This document shows, one piece after another, positions 10,300-20,776 of a stretch of DNA of 33,000 bases. The stretch lies in the NCBI GenBank assembly GCA_964247055.1, contig OZ176056.1:4557001-4590000 (forward strand), read 5' to 3'. Within the stretch, counting starts at the first letter, position 1. Each line of letters begins with the position of its first letter. The notes beneath the pieces are model-generated. The model saw only the letters and a program-made list of their open reading frames with translations, ran no database searches and was not told the DNA's origin. The stretch is from Paragordius varius. Taxonomy: Eukaryota > Animalia > Nematomorpha. The translations under genes and the position numbers were made by a program.

Positions 10300-11774
10300 A
10301 TGGGTCGTATGTACGGAAAAGGGTAAAAACAATTTTCATTGTCTTATATGATGACATATTTATTTGTGATGCATTGCACATGATTTTTATTAGCTCTAGC
10401 TGATTTCCACATTTAATTATATTAATTAATTAATTTCTTAATATATATTTTAGAAAAGGGATATCCCAGTCCGCTTTGCCTTACAAGAGATCTGTTCCAA
10501 CAGTATTTAGTTTTTATTTTATACTTTAGTGGCAAAAAATGACTGCAGAAGAAGTTAAAGATCAAATATGCAAGTTTGCCAAAAAAGGGTTAACACCATC
10601 ACAAATTGGTAAAATATTTTGAAAAAAAAATTAATAATATAAATGTAATGATTTTAAATAACTTTTTATGATATTTTACCGTTTTTTAACGCAAAATATA
10701 TTTCAATAAGGTGTCAAATTGCGTGATCAGTTTGGAATAGCGCAGGCAAAAGCTATCACAAGCAATAAAATTTTGAGAACTCTAAAGGCTTGTGGAATGG
10801 CCCCTGAAATCCCCGAAGATTTGTACAATTTAATCAAGAAAGCTGTAGCTATGCGTAAACATTTGGAACGAAACAGAAAAGTAAGGCATTATTAAGTTTT
10901 TATTAACATTTTAAAATATATTTTCCGACTAAAAGTATTTCATAATTTACGAATTTGTAAGTTTTTATAAAAAACGGTTTTTTACGCTAAAAGGTTTTAA
11001 TATAGTCAATCTTTACTATTTTGAATATGTTAATTTATTAAAAAAACCTGATTAGTTCCGAACGATTTTTAACACGAAAGTCATTAGTTTTGGTTTTTTG
11101 CGAATAGCTGAGCCTAGAAATAATATATAATAGTAGAATTTATCAAAACTTTTATAACTATATAAAATATAACCACATTTTAATTTATACACGTGGGCCT
11201 TTAAAATATTTTTGCGGCCCGCGAAGCAAATTGTATTGGACACCCTTGAATTTGAACGATTAATAATTCGGTTTTTGCGTGTTTTGATTTAAATCAGATT
11301 ATAAAACTGGTTGTTTGCTTACAATATAATTATATAAAACGGTGTCTTGATTATATTATCCATTAAACCACCTGCTCTTATAATTATATTTTTTATGTCA
11401 GGACAAAGACTGCAAATTTAGGTTAATTTTAGTGGAGAGCCGGATTCATCGAATAACCCGATATTACAAAAAGAGAAGTGTTGTCCCGCCCAATTGGAAA
11501 TAGTATGAAAAATTTTTTGATACTGGATTAAAATTCTAAATATGATTTCAAATAAGAATAACTTAGTATCACATTGCCTAATAATATAAAAGCATTAATT
11601 AGTGTGTTTTTTTAATTTGACTTATGGAAAAATTTTAAATAAGATTTATTCGAAAGTTTTTGGTAGCTTTTACAGCATATTCCTTATTCTATATCTAACT
11701 TATTAACATATAAACTGACACTTGTTTCAATATAATTTAGTGATTCATCAACAGCATCGGCTTTGGTTGCATAG
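10300..11774 (+). CDS. RPS13: 40S ribosomal protein S13 (uS15), complete, 6 exons, 151 aa
   Basis: Exons 10300-10322, 10454-10502, 10530-10608, 10711-10880, 11402-11502 and 11741-11774 (23+49+79+170+101+34 = 456 nt), all GT-AG. Translation: [151 protein letters not shown]. Confidence 0.98.
10343..10408 (+). ncRNA. Intronic box C/D snoRNA, SNORD44(U44)-like, predicted guide for 18S rRNA Am166-equivalent
   Basis: Box C ATGATGA at 10348-10354 and box D CTGA at 10400-10403. The 12-nt antisense element TATTAGCTCTAG (10388-10399) directly upstream of box D is the perfect complement of the conserved 18S motif CUAGAGCUAAUA. It lies in RPS13 intron 1, 50 nt from the acceptor. Mature ends are approximate. 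Confidence 0.85.
11214..11248 (-). mobile_element. Terminal remnant of a hAT-type MITE in RPS13 intron 4
   Basis: Reverse complement CAAGGGTGTCCAATACAATTTGCTTCGCGGGCCGC resembles the CAGGGGTGTCCAA...GCGGGCCGC termini of Charlie/Buster-like hAT MITEs. The partner end was not found. Confidence 0.5.
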
Positions 11775-12139
11775 AATTTGCAGGAAATTGCGATGCATTC
11801 ATACACCCTTAATATCCTACATATTTATATACAAATAAATAGTTTACCATATTTCGTCATAGATTTTATATTTTTTATAAAATACCAGCGTAAATCTCGA
11901 GTCCGAAAGCCTTTATACGAGATGATCTCATAATATTGGCGAAAAATAGCCTCAAAAACATATTGTTGAGCGGGTTTAAGGGTTCAAAATCCCCAAGCAC
12001 ACTAAATTTTAACAATGTTAACAAAAAATATTTATTCAGCAATGATATTAATATAAATAAAAATAAGCAGTTATTGTGTGAAATGTGCAATTTGACATCG
12101 TATATATAAATAATAAAAAGGACTTTAATTTTGTCCTTC

Positions 12140-13385
12140 GAAAAAGTTTGGTACTCAGTTTTATTTATTGATATTGCGAAGGCAAGTTGAACAGGAAATT
12201 GCGATCTTTTAAATTCAAAGAGTATATTTGGAATCAGAGGAATAAAAACATTCTCACCTTTAAAAGGTTCCGTTAATATAGTCGCTTCTATTATATGATA
12301 ATAAAATTTTTCACAATAAGTCGTGTGCCATTGCAAAGTCTTGGCTGATTAATATTGCCTATCAATATTATTGGAACTCCTACCTTTAGGCGCAATAAAT
12401 GGGGTGGTTTTCCTGGTGTATCATAGGAATTTAGGAATTCGGTTGCATAATTAACTGCATCACCTAATTCAACTACCATATTTATGGATGTATAGATTAA
12501 TGCATTTTGATTGATTTTAGATAAAATATAATTGTTTATTTCAAATACATTTTGGTTTTTTGGAGTCAAAATTGCACGAGCATACAATAGTTGCTTTGAA
12601 TATTAGAAAGCAGATTGTTTATTAACTCCGCTCTTGATGTCATAATTCTGCAAATGTTAATGACAACGTTATACCTCTAATATCCATGTTAATTGGTAGA
12701 GTCCCATTTCCGATTGCTAATAAGTGTTGTGAAAAAATCTGCTGAGGTATTATTTTAAAAATGTACACGCATTTTTAATTGTTAACGTTCTAACAAAATA
12801 GATTTTTTAAGGCACGAATTTATTTGGTTAGTGGGGTAGAGCGAGGAATGACAGGGAATCTTTCTAAAATCTCCGGAGAGTATACCGAAACATTCCCAGA
12901 AATTTTCCCCCCTGTCGCTTAAATCTTGTAATTATTGATCAAGGTCCTTGGGTGATATTATATGCACCATTGTACATTCCTCATATAATGATTTTACATT
13001 TTTGCATAACCTTCTCCATGCCAAATGATTTCGACACATAATATTTTCATGTATTTAGTTCCTCTGGGTAATAAGGTAGCATATCCCAGAAGAACCTATA
13101 GCCAAAGCTATATTTTTTACTTCTGAGCCAATATTAGCTTTAAAAGAAATGTTTTACTGGTCTCCCCTGGTGCATCCAAAAAATGTATCCCACGAACATC
13201 ATTTGAAATATCTCGCATTATTTTATCGTATATTATCTTTTCTTCCTGTGTTAGTTTGGATAAATAGCAATTTAGATAGGATGTTTACTCAAATTCATTA
13301 TAACTTTGTTCAAGACGAAGTTCTATGATGGAAACGACAGCATTCGATTTGGAGATGGCATTTCCAATAGCTTAAGAGGCCTGTT
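12140..13385 (-). pseudogene. Helitron PIF1-like helicase relic with frameshifts and stops
   Basis: Minus-strand motifs in correct order: GMPSPNR / SKLTQEEKIIYDKIM / FLDAPGETSKTFLL (eroded Walker A) / IALAIGSSGI, TLLPRG / QKCKIII*EECTM (Walker B WDE) / LSGDFRK, NQINSCLKKSI / RAILTPKNQNVFEIN...EFLNSYDTPGKPPHLLRLKVGVPIILIGNINQPRLCNGTRLIVK (ORF 12291-12587) / IIEATILTEPFKGENVFIP..FEFKRSQFPVQLAFAISINK (ORF 11875-12336). No Rep domain seen. Confidence 0.92.
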
Positions 13386-13424
13386 TGATATCTAGAGACA
13401 AATGTTCTCACGCAGTTTCTATAC

Positions 13425-14170
13425 GCAGTTTTAGGCGGGTAGCCCCTACCCAGAGGCCAACATAATAAAGGCGTTTGATAAAAAAATTTCCTTTATAAGA
13501 GGAATACCTGGAATCATCATTCATTCCATATGTTCTTAATAGTTTTTGGAAGAACGGCTTCAAAACTAAATAATAATTCAATGATAGCCCATTGTTTGGA
13601 CGTAAAGGCCAAATTAGCGGCTAATTAAAAAAACCGGTAGACTTAAATTTTTGCCTTTTTACGGGTAATATTTCAGGCCCTTATTAAACTTATATAGCCT
13701 GAAAAGTTTTTTGAAATTACCTTCTAAATAATGCAATTTCAATATGTTGGCTTGTTTTAGACGGGCCCCCTACCTAGAGGCTGATGCAAGAAAAGCGCTT
13801 GATTAAAATATTTGCCTTTTTACGGTGAATACCTCGAATCATGATTGATTTCATATTCTCTCATTAGTTTTTGGAAAAATTGTCTCAAAACTAAAAAATC
13901 ATTCTATGGTAGCGCATTTTTCAGGCGTGAAGGGTATACAAAACGGCTAATTTTAAAAAACCGCGCGACCTAAATTTTTGCCTTGTTACGGGTAATATTT
14001 TAATCAGCTATAATTATATGGCCTGATAGGTTTTTTTAGCCCCAAAGGCAAGCTATAACGATATGACGAGGCAGTTTTAGCGGGTATCTCCTTACCCAGC
14101 AGTCAATATAAAAGAAACGCACGATTAAAAATTTTGGCTGTTAGGGAATACCTGGAATTTTCATTGATTT
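13425..14170 (+). repeat. Diverged tandem array, ~320-326-bp unit, ~2.3 copies
   Basis: Anchor TTTAG(G/A)CGGG..CCCTACC.AG at 13430, 13756 and 14076. Shared internal motifs GAATACCT(G/C)GAAT, CAAAACTAAA, CGGCTAATT and TAAATTTTTGCCTT.TTACGGGTAATATTT. Confidence 0.85.
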
Positions 14171-14448
14171 ACGGTCTACCTTGGGCGAAAAATAAATTCA
14201 AAAAATTATTTTTGTGGACTTAGTTTACCGACAAGTCGAAAAAACTATGATTGAGCATTGAACACTAATATTTGGTTTAAAAAAATCAAATTTATTTTGA
14301 AATATTTGAGATCTACGAATGATCCTTTTTGTGTTGTCTGATCTAATATTATGGGAATATAATTATGAGTAAATTTTTTTAAAAAGGCGACATCATTAAA
14401 ATTTAAATATAGCGCTTGGAATTACTAATGGCATAATAGTGGTTTTCT

Positions 14449-14468
14449 CCCCCCTTGGTACGCCACTG
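14449..14468 (-). mobile_element. Isolated CAGTGGCGTAC-type DNA-transposon terminus
   Basis: Reverse complement CAGTGGCGTACCAAGGGGGG. A similar terminus CTGTGGCGTACCGAG...GGGGCAAA is at 16255-16293. The two ends point away from each other, so they are not one element. Confidence 0.4.
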
Positions 14469-14617
14469 GGACCCACGGCCTAATTTCAACTTCAGATTAA
14501 CAATAAAGCATTCACAATAAAAATTATTTTTACAATATTTCTATTTATTTCTATAGAAATAAATGATCTTTATAAACACATTAAACTATTTAGTATTCTT
14601 TGTAAAATATTCTCTGC

Positions 14618-14969
14618 TCATGAGACTGGTTCATCACTAAATGATGATATATTGAGACGAACATGTTTAGATATAAAACATCTTGAAATTGGTGTCGTTG
14701 TTAAATATGAATTCCAAAAAATTTCGATATAACCAATACTCTTAACAGTCGTAATTTTTTGGTATGGAGATGTAAGTGACTGAGAATAATGTGATGAATG
14801 CGTTAGCATCTTTCTAAGGTGATTAAAATTAGCAGGATATGGACTTTAACCTGAATATCATTATCTGTGGTGAAGAGAACTCGACTTTATACCGATACTT
14901 ATAAACCGTTATATTTTCTCGGTAAAAGGAGTATAAGTGAGATATTTCGTGATGATATCGATTTGTTAG
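14618..14969 (-). CDS. Tentative last two exons of an unknown gene
   Basis: Exon 14969-14851 (CAG| acceptor, open frame LTNRYHHEISHLYSF...SSPQIMIF) joins in frame through a 37-nt GT-AG intron (14850-14814) to 14813-14618 (KMLTHSSH...DEPVS*). An AATAAA lies downstream on the minus strand. No recognisable homology, and part of the upstream exon is duplicated out of frame at ~15043-15092. Confidence 0.25.
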
Positions 14970-15296
14970 CTGTTGATAGGATTAATTAGATTGCAGGTTA
15001 AGACTGTATTTAAAATCAGTATCTGTTTATTTAGAGACAACACGACTTAATACCGATACTCTATCCGCTAATATTTCTCGGTATAAGGAGCAAAGTTAAA
15101 TGATTATGTTTGTTTACCGTTTAAAACCTTTTTGCTCTATTATACACAATTTAGAGTGATATTTTAATTTTTTATTTGCTCCCTGATATTTGAGGTGTGA
15201 ATAACTGTTTAGTTTTGATATTTATAAATTTTTAAAATGTTGAAGGCATTAAAATATATAAATGATTGGTAAAGCGATTGTCCTTAAACGTATTAA

Positions 15297-15299
<3 letters not shown>

Positions 15300-15336
<37 letters not shown>
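15300..15336. repeat. (AT)n microsatellite
   Basis: Perfect AT run. Confidence 0.95.
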
Positions 15337-15338
<2 letters not shown>

Positions 15339-15539
15339 AGAGTATAAAATAACATTAGACAACCAATTAAGATCATCTCTAATTGCCATTCCCGAAAAAC
15401 TCAATTATGAAAAAATATAAAATAAAAATTTCTTAAACAAAAAAATTTTTGATTTAAGTTATTTGTAAATTTTTAAACTAAATTTATTCAATAGCCATAG
15501 TATTCAGCAGCAAAAAATAAATGCTTTTAATTCCTATAA

Positions 15540-15965
15540 AACTGCATCCGAAATCGGAAGTATAAAAAAATCCCGATCTTCTGATAGAAAAATGTATCAG
15601 GATTATCATGATGCTTTTCGCTTTGGTCCTTATGAGTGTAAGAAAGTTATTTATACTTTTGTGGTAAATGCCTCATGAAATTTGCCCACAAAAAGCTAAA
15701 TGCTTAATTCAAAGAAATATAACTGAAATATTTCATATCTATTTATTCGTCTAAATGGGATAGTTCTCTTAAACAAAACGAAAAGTGTATATTTTAGAAT
15801 GGTTTCATTAAATTCCATATTATTTAGAATATTTGAAATATTTTTTGTAATTGAAAATAATGTCGCTAAATTTGCGAATGTTTTGTATTTAATCACCACA
15901 AAAGTGCGGTTTTTTGATATTACTTGTAAGGTCTAAAATTCAAAGCATATATTTTATCGGAATTT
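15540..15965. mobile_element. Family A internally deleted foldback copy
   Basis: Left arm 15540-15675; inverted partner CACCACAAAAGTG...CTTGTAAGGTCTAAAATTCAAAGCAT...TTTTATCGGAA at ~15896-15962. Confidence 0.6.
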
Positions 15966-16399
15966 TTTACGTGTGCGCTGTGTGTATTTTTTCGCAAAGC
16001 CCGAAACCAAAAACACTAGGATATGATGCATTTATCCACTAAATATATAAGATTATCAGTTTTTATCCCAAGGGCCCATCTTGCGACTAATATAATTACC
16101 TAAATAGAACATGATATCACAAAGTTTTATTTAGTATGTACCTACCGATAATTTTCTTTCTTTTATAAATCGTGTCTGAAAAATTCTTATCATAAATGCA
16201 TGTTTGCATACCATAAAGAATACATTGATAACCCTATTGTGTATCAATTCCTTGCTGTGGCGTACCGAGCATTTGCGGCGCGTGGGGCAAAAACTCTTAG
16301 GCCCTCCTTCTCTCTTTTTGTATGCAAATAAAACAATATTTTAAAAAAATTAAAGGCTCGCAATTCAAACATCCTAAATAAAACCGTCTTGTTATATTA

Positions 16400-17500
16400 T
16401 ATTCCGATTGGAAAATGTACCAGAAAATCATGGTGCTTTTAGTTTTGGGACAGTTATTTAAAACTTTTGTGACATGCTCTATATCAGAAAACGGCTCCAG
16501 CATATTTTTTGTAATAAAATTTTTTTGGTGAAAGCTAAATGCCATATTCTATAAATATTACTAATATATATCATAAACTACTTGTAAAAAGCAAAACAAT
16601 ATTATTATATTATTAAAATTTTTAGATGTGGCCTCTCATTTTTTTGCGCTTCTAAAACGGGTTAGTTCTTTTTAAATATGCTGGGATTGCTGGATAAAAT
16701 TATAAAATTTATGTTAAATTTTGCAACAAATTTTTTTTAAATAAAATGCTTACTTTTATAAAAATTTAATCATTTGTTAAAGCGTGCTTTATCCTTTTTT
16801 AGGCATGATGAAAACGATATAAAAAAGCTTTTGATATTATAAAAACACTTTTTTTAGTTTGATGCTGAACATATCTATTACCTAGAATTTCGATTGAAAT
16901 ATTTGTTTGTATTCAATGTCAAATATATGTATTAAAATCACCAAAGTTTGAAAGTAAACGCACCTATAAATTAATATTTAAAGCGATAGAAATGTTCATC
17001 ATCAATTATATAGAAAGAGTGTTTTTACAATATCTAAAAGCGCTTTTATACAGTTTCCCCATGCCAAAAATAGTAGGAAATACGCTTCAACAAAATTTTG
17101 CTAAAAATTGTTCTAAAAGCATGCATTTTTTAAAAAATATTTTTTTGACTTCAAATTTAGCATATAATTAAAAATTTTATTGTCGAAAGAACTAACCCGT
17201 TTTATTGAATGTAACCATTTGGGAGTTTTGGAATCCACATCTAAAAATTTATTATAAAAATATTGTTTTGCTTTTTTAAGTGGTTTATGATATATTTTAG
17301 TGATTTTTAGAATGAAGCATTTAGCTTTCATTATAAAAAATGTGGTCAAATTTTGTCATTTTCTGATACGAAGCACTTAACACAAAGTGTAAATAATTTT
17401 ATATCACTCGTAAGGGCCAACTAAAAACATCCTGATCATCCGTATACATTTTTTTATCAGAATATATTTATGACATCTCGATATTTTTTCGCCCGATTTC
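16400..17500. mobile_element. Family A ~1.1-kb foldback element (near-complete copy)
   Basis: TTTAGATGTGG (~16621) / CCACATCTAAA (~17235), AAAACGATATAAAAAGCTT (~16811) / AAGCGCTTTTATACAGTTT (~17039), centre near 16940. The spurious ORFs 16297-16545 and 17113-17349 fall in or on these arms. Confidence 0.75.
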
Positions 17501-17579
17501 GTACACTTATATTATAAAAACACTTTTTTATAATTCGATGGCCATTTCCACATTGATATTTTCCTTTGTCCTCAAATGT

Positions 17580-18089
17580 TAATTATAAATTGTGTTTAGA
17601 CAAATTTATCCCAATTTGAAAGCTAACAAACCTTTGAATTTTTTCGAGGTGATGGAGATATTCAGATCATCAAATTATTTAGAATAAGTGCTGTTATAAT
17701 ATCTTAAAGCGTTTTTGAAACAGTGTTTACTAATCCTCAAAAATTTTTCTAAAAATTAAATTTTTGAAAAAAGTAGACATTTTTAAAAATATTTTTAGTT
17801 GGTAAATTTTTATAGCGCAATACTGGCATTTTGCGTTTATTAGATCAAAAAATGAGACTTTTCCGCATCTTTAAAATTAGTTATATTTAGTTTATAGTAT
17901 AGTTTGGTTCACCGAAATTATTTTTTAAAAAATGTGCGCAAATTTTACATTCTGATATGGAGCAGTTCTAATAAATATGATAATAATCTTATATCACTCG
18001 TAGAGGCCAAATCCAAAAGCACCATGATACTGATACATTTTCCTATAAGAATATTTATTTCATGAGTTTATTTTTTCTCTTCGATAGTG
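17580..18089 (-). mobile_element. Family A right half, ending in ...ATAGTG|TA
   Basis: Inverted landmarks GCGCAATACTGGC, ATCACTCGTAGAGGCCAAATCCAAAAGCACCATGAT and CTGATACATTTTCC. Confidence 0.65.
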
Positions 18090-18452
18090 TAAATTATCCG
18101 AATATTTTTTTTAGTTTAGTGTCATTTTTAAGTGGGAATCAAATGATTTCCATATGATGGCGGGAAATTCAAATTTTTAATACGTCGAGTTTTTTCAAGA
18201 TAAATGTATTAGTACGGAAAATTTATGCACATCAGATTCGTACATTATCAATTTAAGTCTCAGGATTAGGAGATTTAAAAAACATAAATTGTATCTTTAT
18301 TTAAGGCAGTATTTAACTTATTTTTGTTACCCAAGTAGACGGTTTAGTGAGGATTTTGGCATGTTTGAAACCAGCATTAAATTGTGACCAAGTTTTTAGC
18401 TATTGGATAAAATGGTCATTCTAAAGAGGTAGAAAGAGAAAATTTAATATAG

Positions 18453-19543
18453 AATGTGCGGAATGTTAACATTAACAATAATAAAGTATTCCTGAATGAT
18501 TAATAGCTGCTAATCCACATTTGGTAACGATTTATCAATAACACGTGGGTACTTTAAATTTATAAAGGAGGAGTGCTGAACTCATATGGCTTGCAGGCCG
18601 GGTTTTTCAAAATTCTTTTGATAAAATTACCCAAAAAGTTTATAAAGTAATAAAAAATATATATTTCTGAATAAATAATCAATAAATATAATATCGATTT
18701 ACCTAAATTCTGGAAAGTGTTATCCTTTTTTTTAACACGTTGACGGACAGTAGGAACAAGCGAAGTTCGAAAATTGACACTATATGTTTTTGTGATTTTT
18801 AGAATGTTAGAAGTATAGTTTTACTCTTTCTGCTTAAATAAACTTAATTTTGATTAATTTAGTACCTTTAATTAGGTTGAGTTATATAAATAATAATAAA
18901 TATCGTTAAACGTATCAATAAGAACTATAAATCCAATAGAAAACACGATCGCACTACTCCCTTCACAACCACGTGCATACTGAATCTGCAACTCGTATAA
19001 CAGGTGAAATATGAACTTCAACCTAAAAAGATGTTTTCAAAACACGACACTATGCTTCTACATATACGCCAGTAAGTGCACATTTGTGCTGCTATAGCCG
19101 TAGTGTCTAAAAACGACCGTTTCGTTTTGGACGGCTATAGCAGTCATGCCACATTGTGAACTTCGCTTTGACGGCTATAGCCGCAATTGTCCGTCAACGT
19201 GTTAATATTTTCGTGTTAAAATTTTTTGGAGGATAGTTCGGATACTCCAGCTATAATACACAACCCTGCTCCTAACTTTGAAAACGAAAATGCGCAACAG
19301 AGGTTTAGAAAAAATTAATTTAAACGAGTATTTATTTTATTTCAATTATATAGTTGTTTTAGAATGAAAAAATGAAAGTTTTAATGCTTCGTATTTCAGC
19401 AGATCTCTAAAAACGCCAGAAAAGGCTCAAATTAACATAGGTACGTATTTGTTATTTTTTTATTAATTTGTAAGTATGGACATTTTGAAATTATAGGTAA
19501 TAAGACTAGAAAGACTATATTTTTTCTTAAAAATATATTTTAA
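18453..19543 (+). CDS. Tentative orphan multi-exon gene (partial)
   Basis: Hand-built in-frame chain: 18453-18485, 18507-18523, 18568-18646, 19232-19302, 19400-19440, 19497-19543 (alternative last exon 19725-19756). Translation: NVRNVNINNNKLLIHIWRSAELIWLAGRVFQNSFDKITQKVYKDSSDTPAIIHNPAPNFENENAQQSRSLKTPEKAQINIGNKTRKTIFFLKNIF*. The 19232-19440 junctions are the most convincing. No homology recognised, and the model could arise by chance. Confidence 0.3.
18736..19201. mobile_element. piggyBac-type MITE, 466 bp, TTAA target-site duplication
   Basis: TTAA (18732-18735) | CACGTTGACGGACA ... TGTCCGTCAACGTG | TTAA (19202-19205): perfect 14-bp TIR. Subterminal AAGCGAAGTTC occurs in both arms; GCTATAGC-type motif occurs three times at the right end. 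Confidence 0.9.
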
Positions 19544-19842
19544 ACATCATCCGGAATAATAAAAATATCTAAGAAATAGGTTAGTTATTCACACTTCTCT
19601 GTCCTTCTGTCAATCATCTCCATGATTGACAAGCAACTCTTTAGGCTTAATTTTAATATTGTAACAAAATTATATAAATGACAAAATTTAAACATTGTTC
19701 TCAATTTTTAAATTTTATGTTTAGGTATATCCGTTAGATACGCTAATATTTTATAATCTTATAATAAATTAATTGTTAAGAACCTACATTTTTCTTTAGT
19801 GTTAATATATAGAAAATCAACTATTTATAACTAACCTTTATT

Positions 19843-19866
19843 TATATATATATATATATATATATA
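19843..19866. repeat. (AT)n microsatellite
   Basis: AT run. Confidence 0.9.
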
Positions 19867-20776
19867 AACCCTTATGTATATTAACCAACATTAATATCCT
19901 CCAAATTTAATAATTTGGCACGCTTTGCTTATTATAATGTTATAGATTATGGTTGTTGAAAGAAAAAATAGAGGCTAATGAAATATGCGACAGTTTGACG
20001 GACGGCATTTTCATTCTACTTTTTTACATCATTATTACATGAAATATATATTACTTCCGATTTCTGTGTAAATCATATCATATAAATAAATTATCAAAAA
20101 ACCAAAGTTCATTATTTTAGGGTTAAATTTTATTGATAATTACTAATAATAAATAGATTAGCAAGATATACAAGCTACTTGTTAGATTGTCGGCACCATA
20201 TTCATTCTCCATACAATTAACTTACCTTATTGTAATAATTGTCTAATTAAACAATTATTCTTTGATCTATTTAAACAGTGAGTGGTGTACTATATATTTT
20301 AAAAAAGCTTGAATTATCCAATAGATATATATATGGATTATGCAATGAAAAGATATTTATTTAATACCCCACACTCTTTTTTAATAAATGCAAAAGGTAT
20401 ATATATTAGATAAATATCGGGGAATTCTTTTGTACGCAGGAAATAAGGTGACATATGGTTGAAATGACAAAAATTTATAGATTTGATATCAAAAATAACA
20501 TTTTCAACCTTATTGATGTATAATAATATTAAAATGTTAAGAAAATAATAATATTAAACAATAATTTTATATAACTTTATTTTTTAGGCAAGAATTTGAA
20601 ACATTTATACATAATATTATTTATTGATAAACATGGAGATACAACATAACGTATTATAAAATATTAAATTTCACAAAATAATATATATAATTAAATAAAT
20701 TATTAATTGCAGGTTTTTGATAAGAAAATATTTTAGATTGCAATCCAGGAATGTATGTGTAATATATTCAATTATT

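Noticed and set aside
10609-11740. U14 (SNORD14) snoRNA expected in RPS13 introns 3-5 by analogy to human
   Set aside because: No TGATGA box C with U14 domain A/B sequences is present.
14791-14854. GTGATGA...CTGA pair spaced like a second C/D snoRNA
   Set aside because: No convincing rRNA complement is recognisable upstream of D or D' (only a partial GAAAGATG match), no adjacent terminal stem and no + strand host intron. A snoscan run would settle it.
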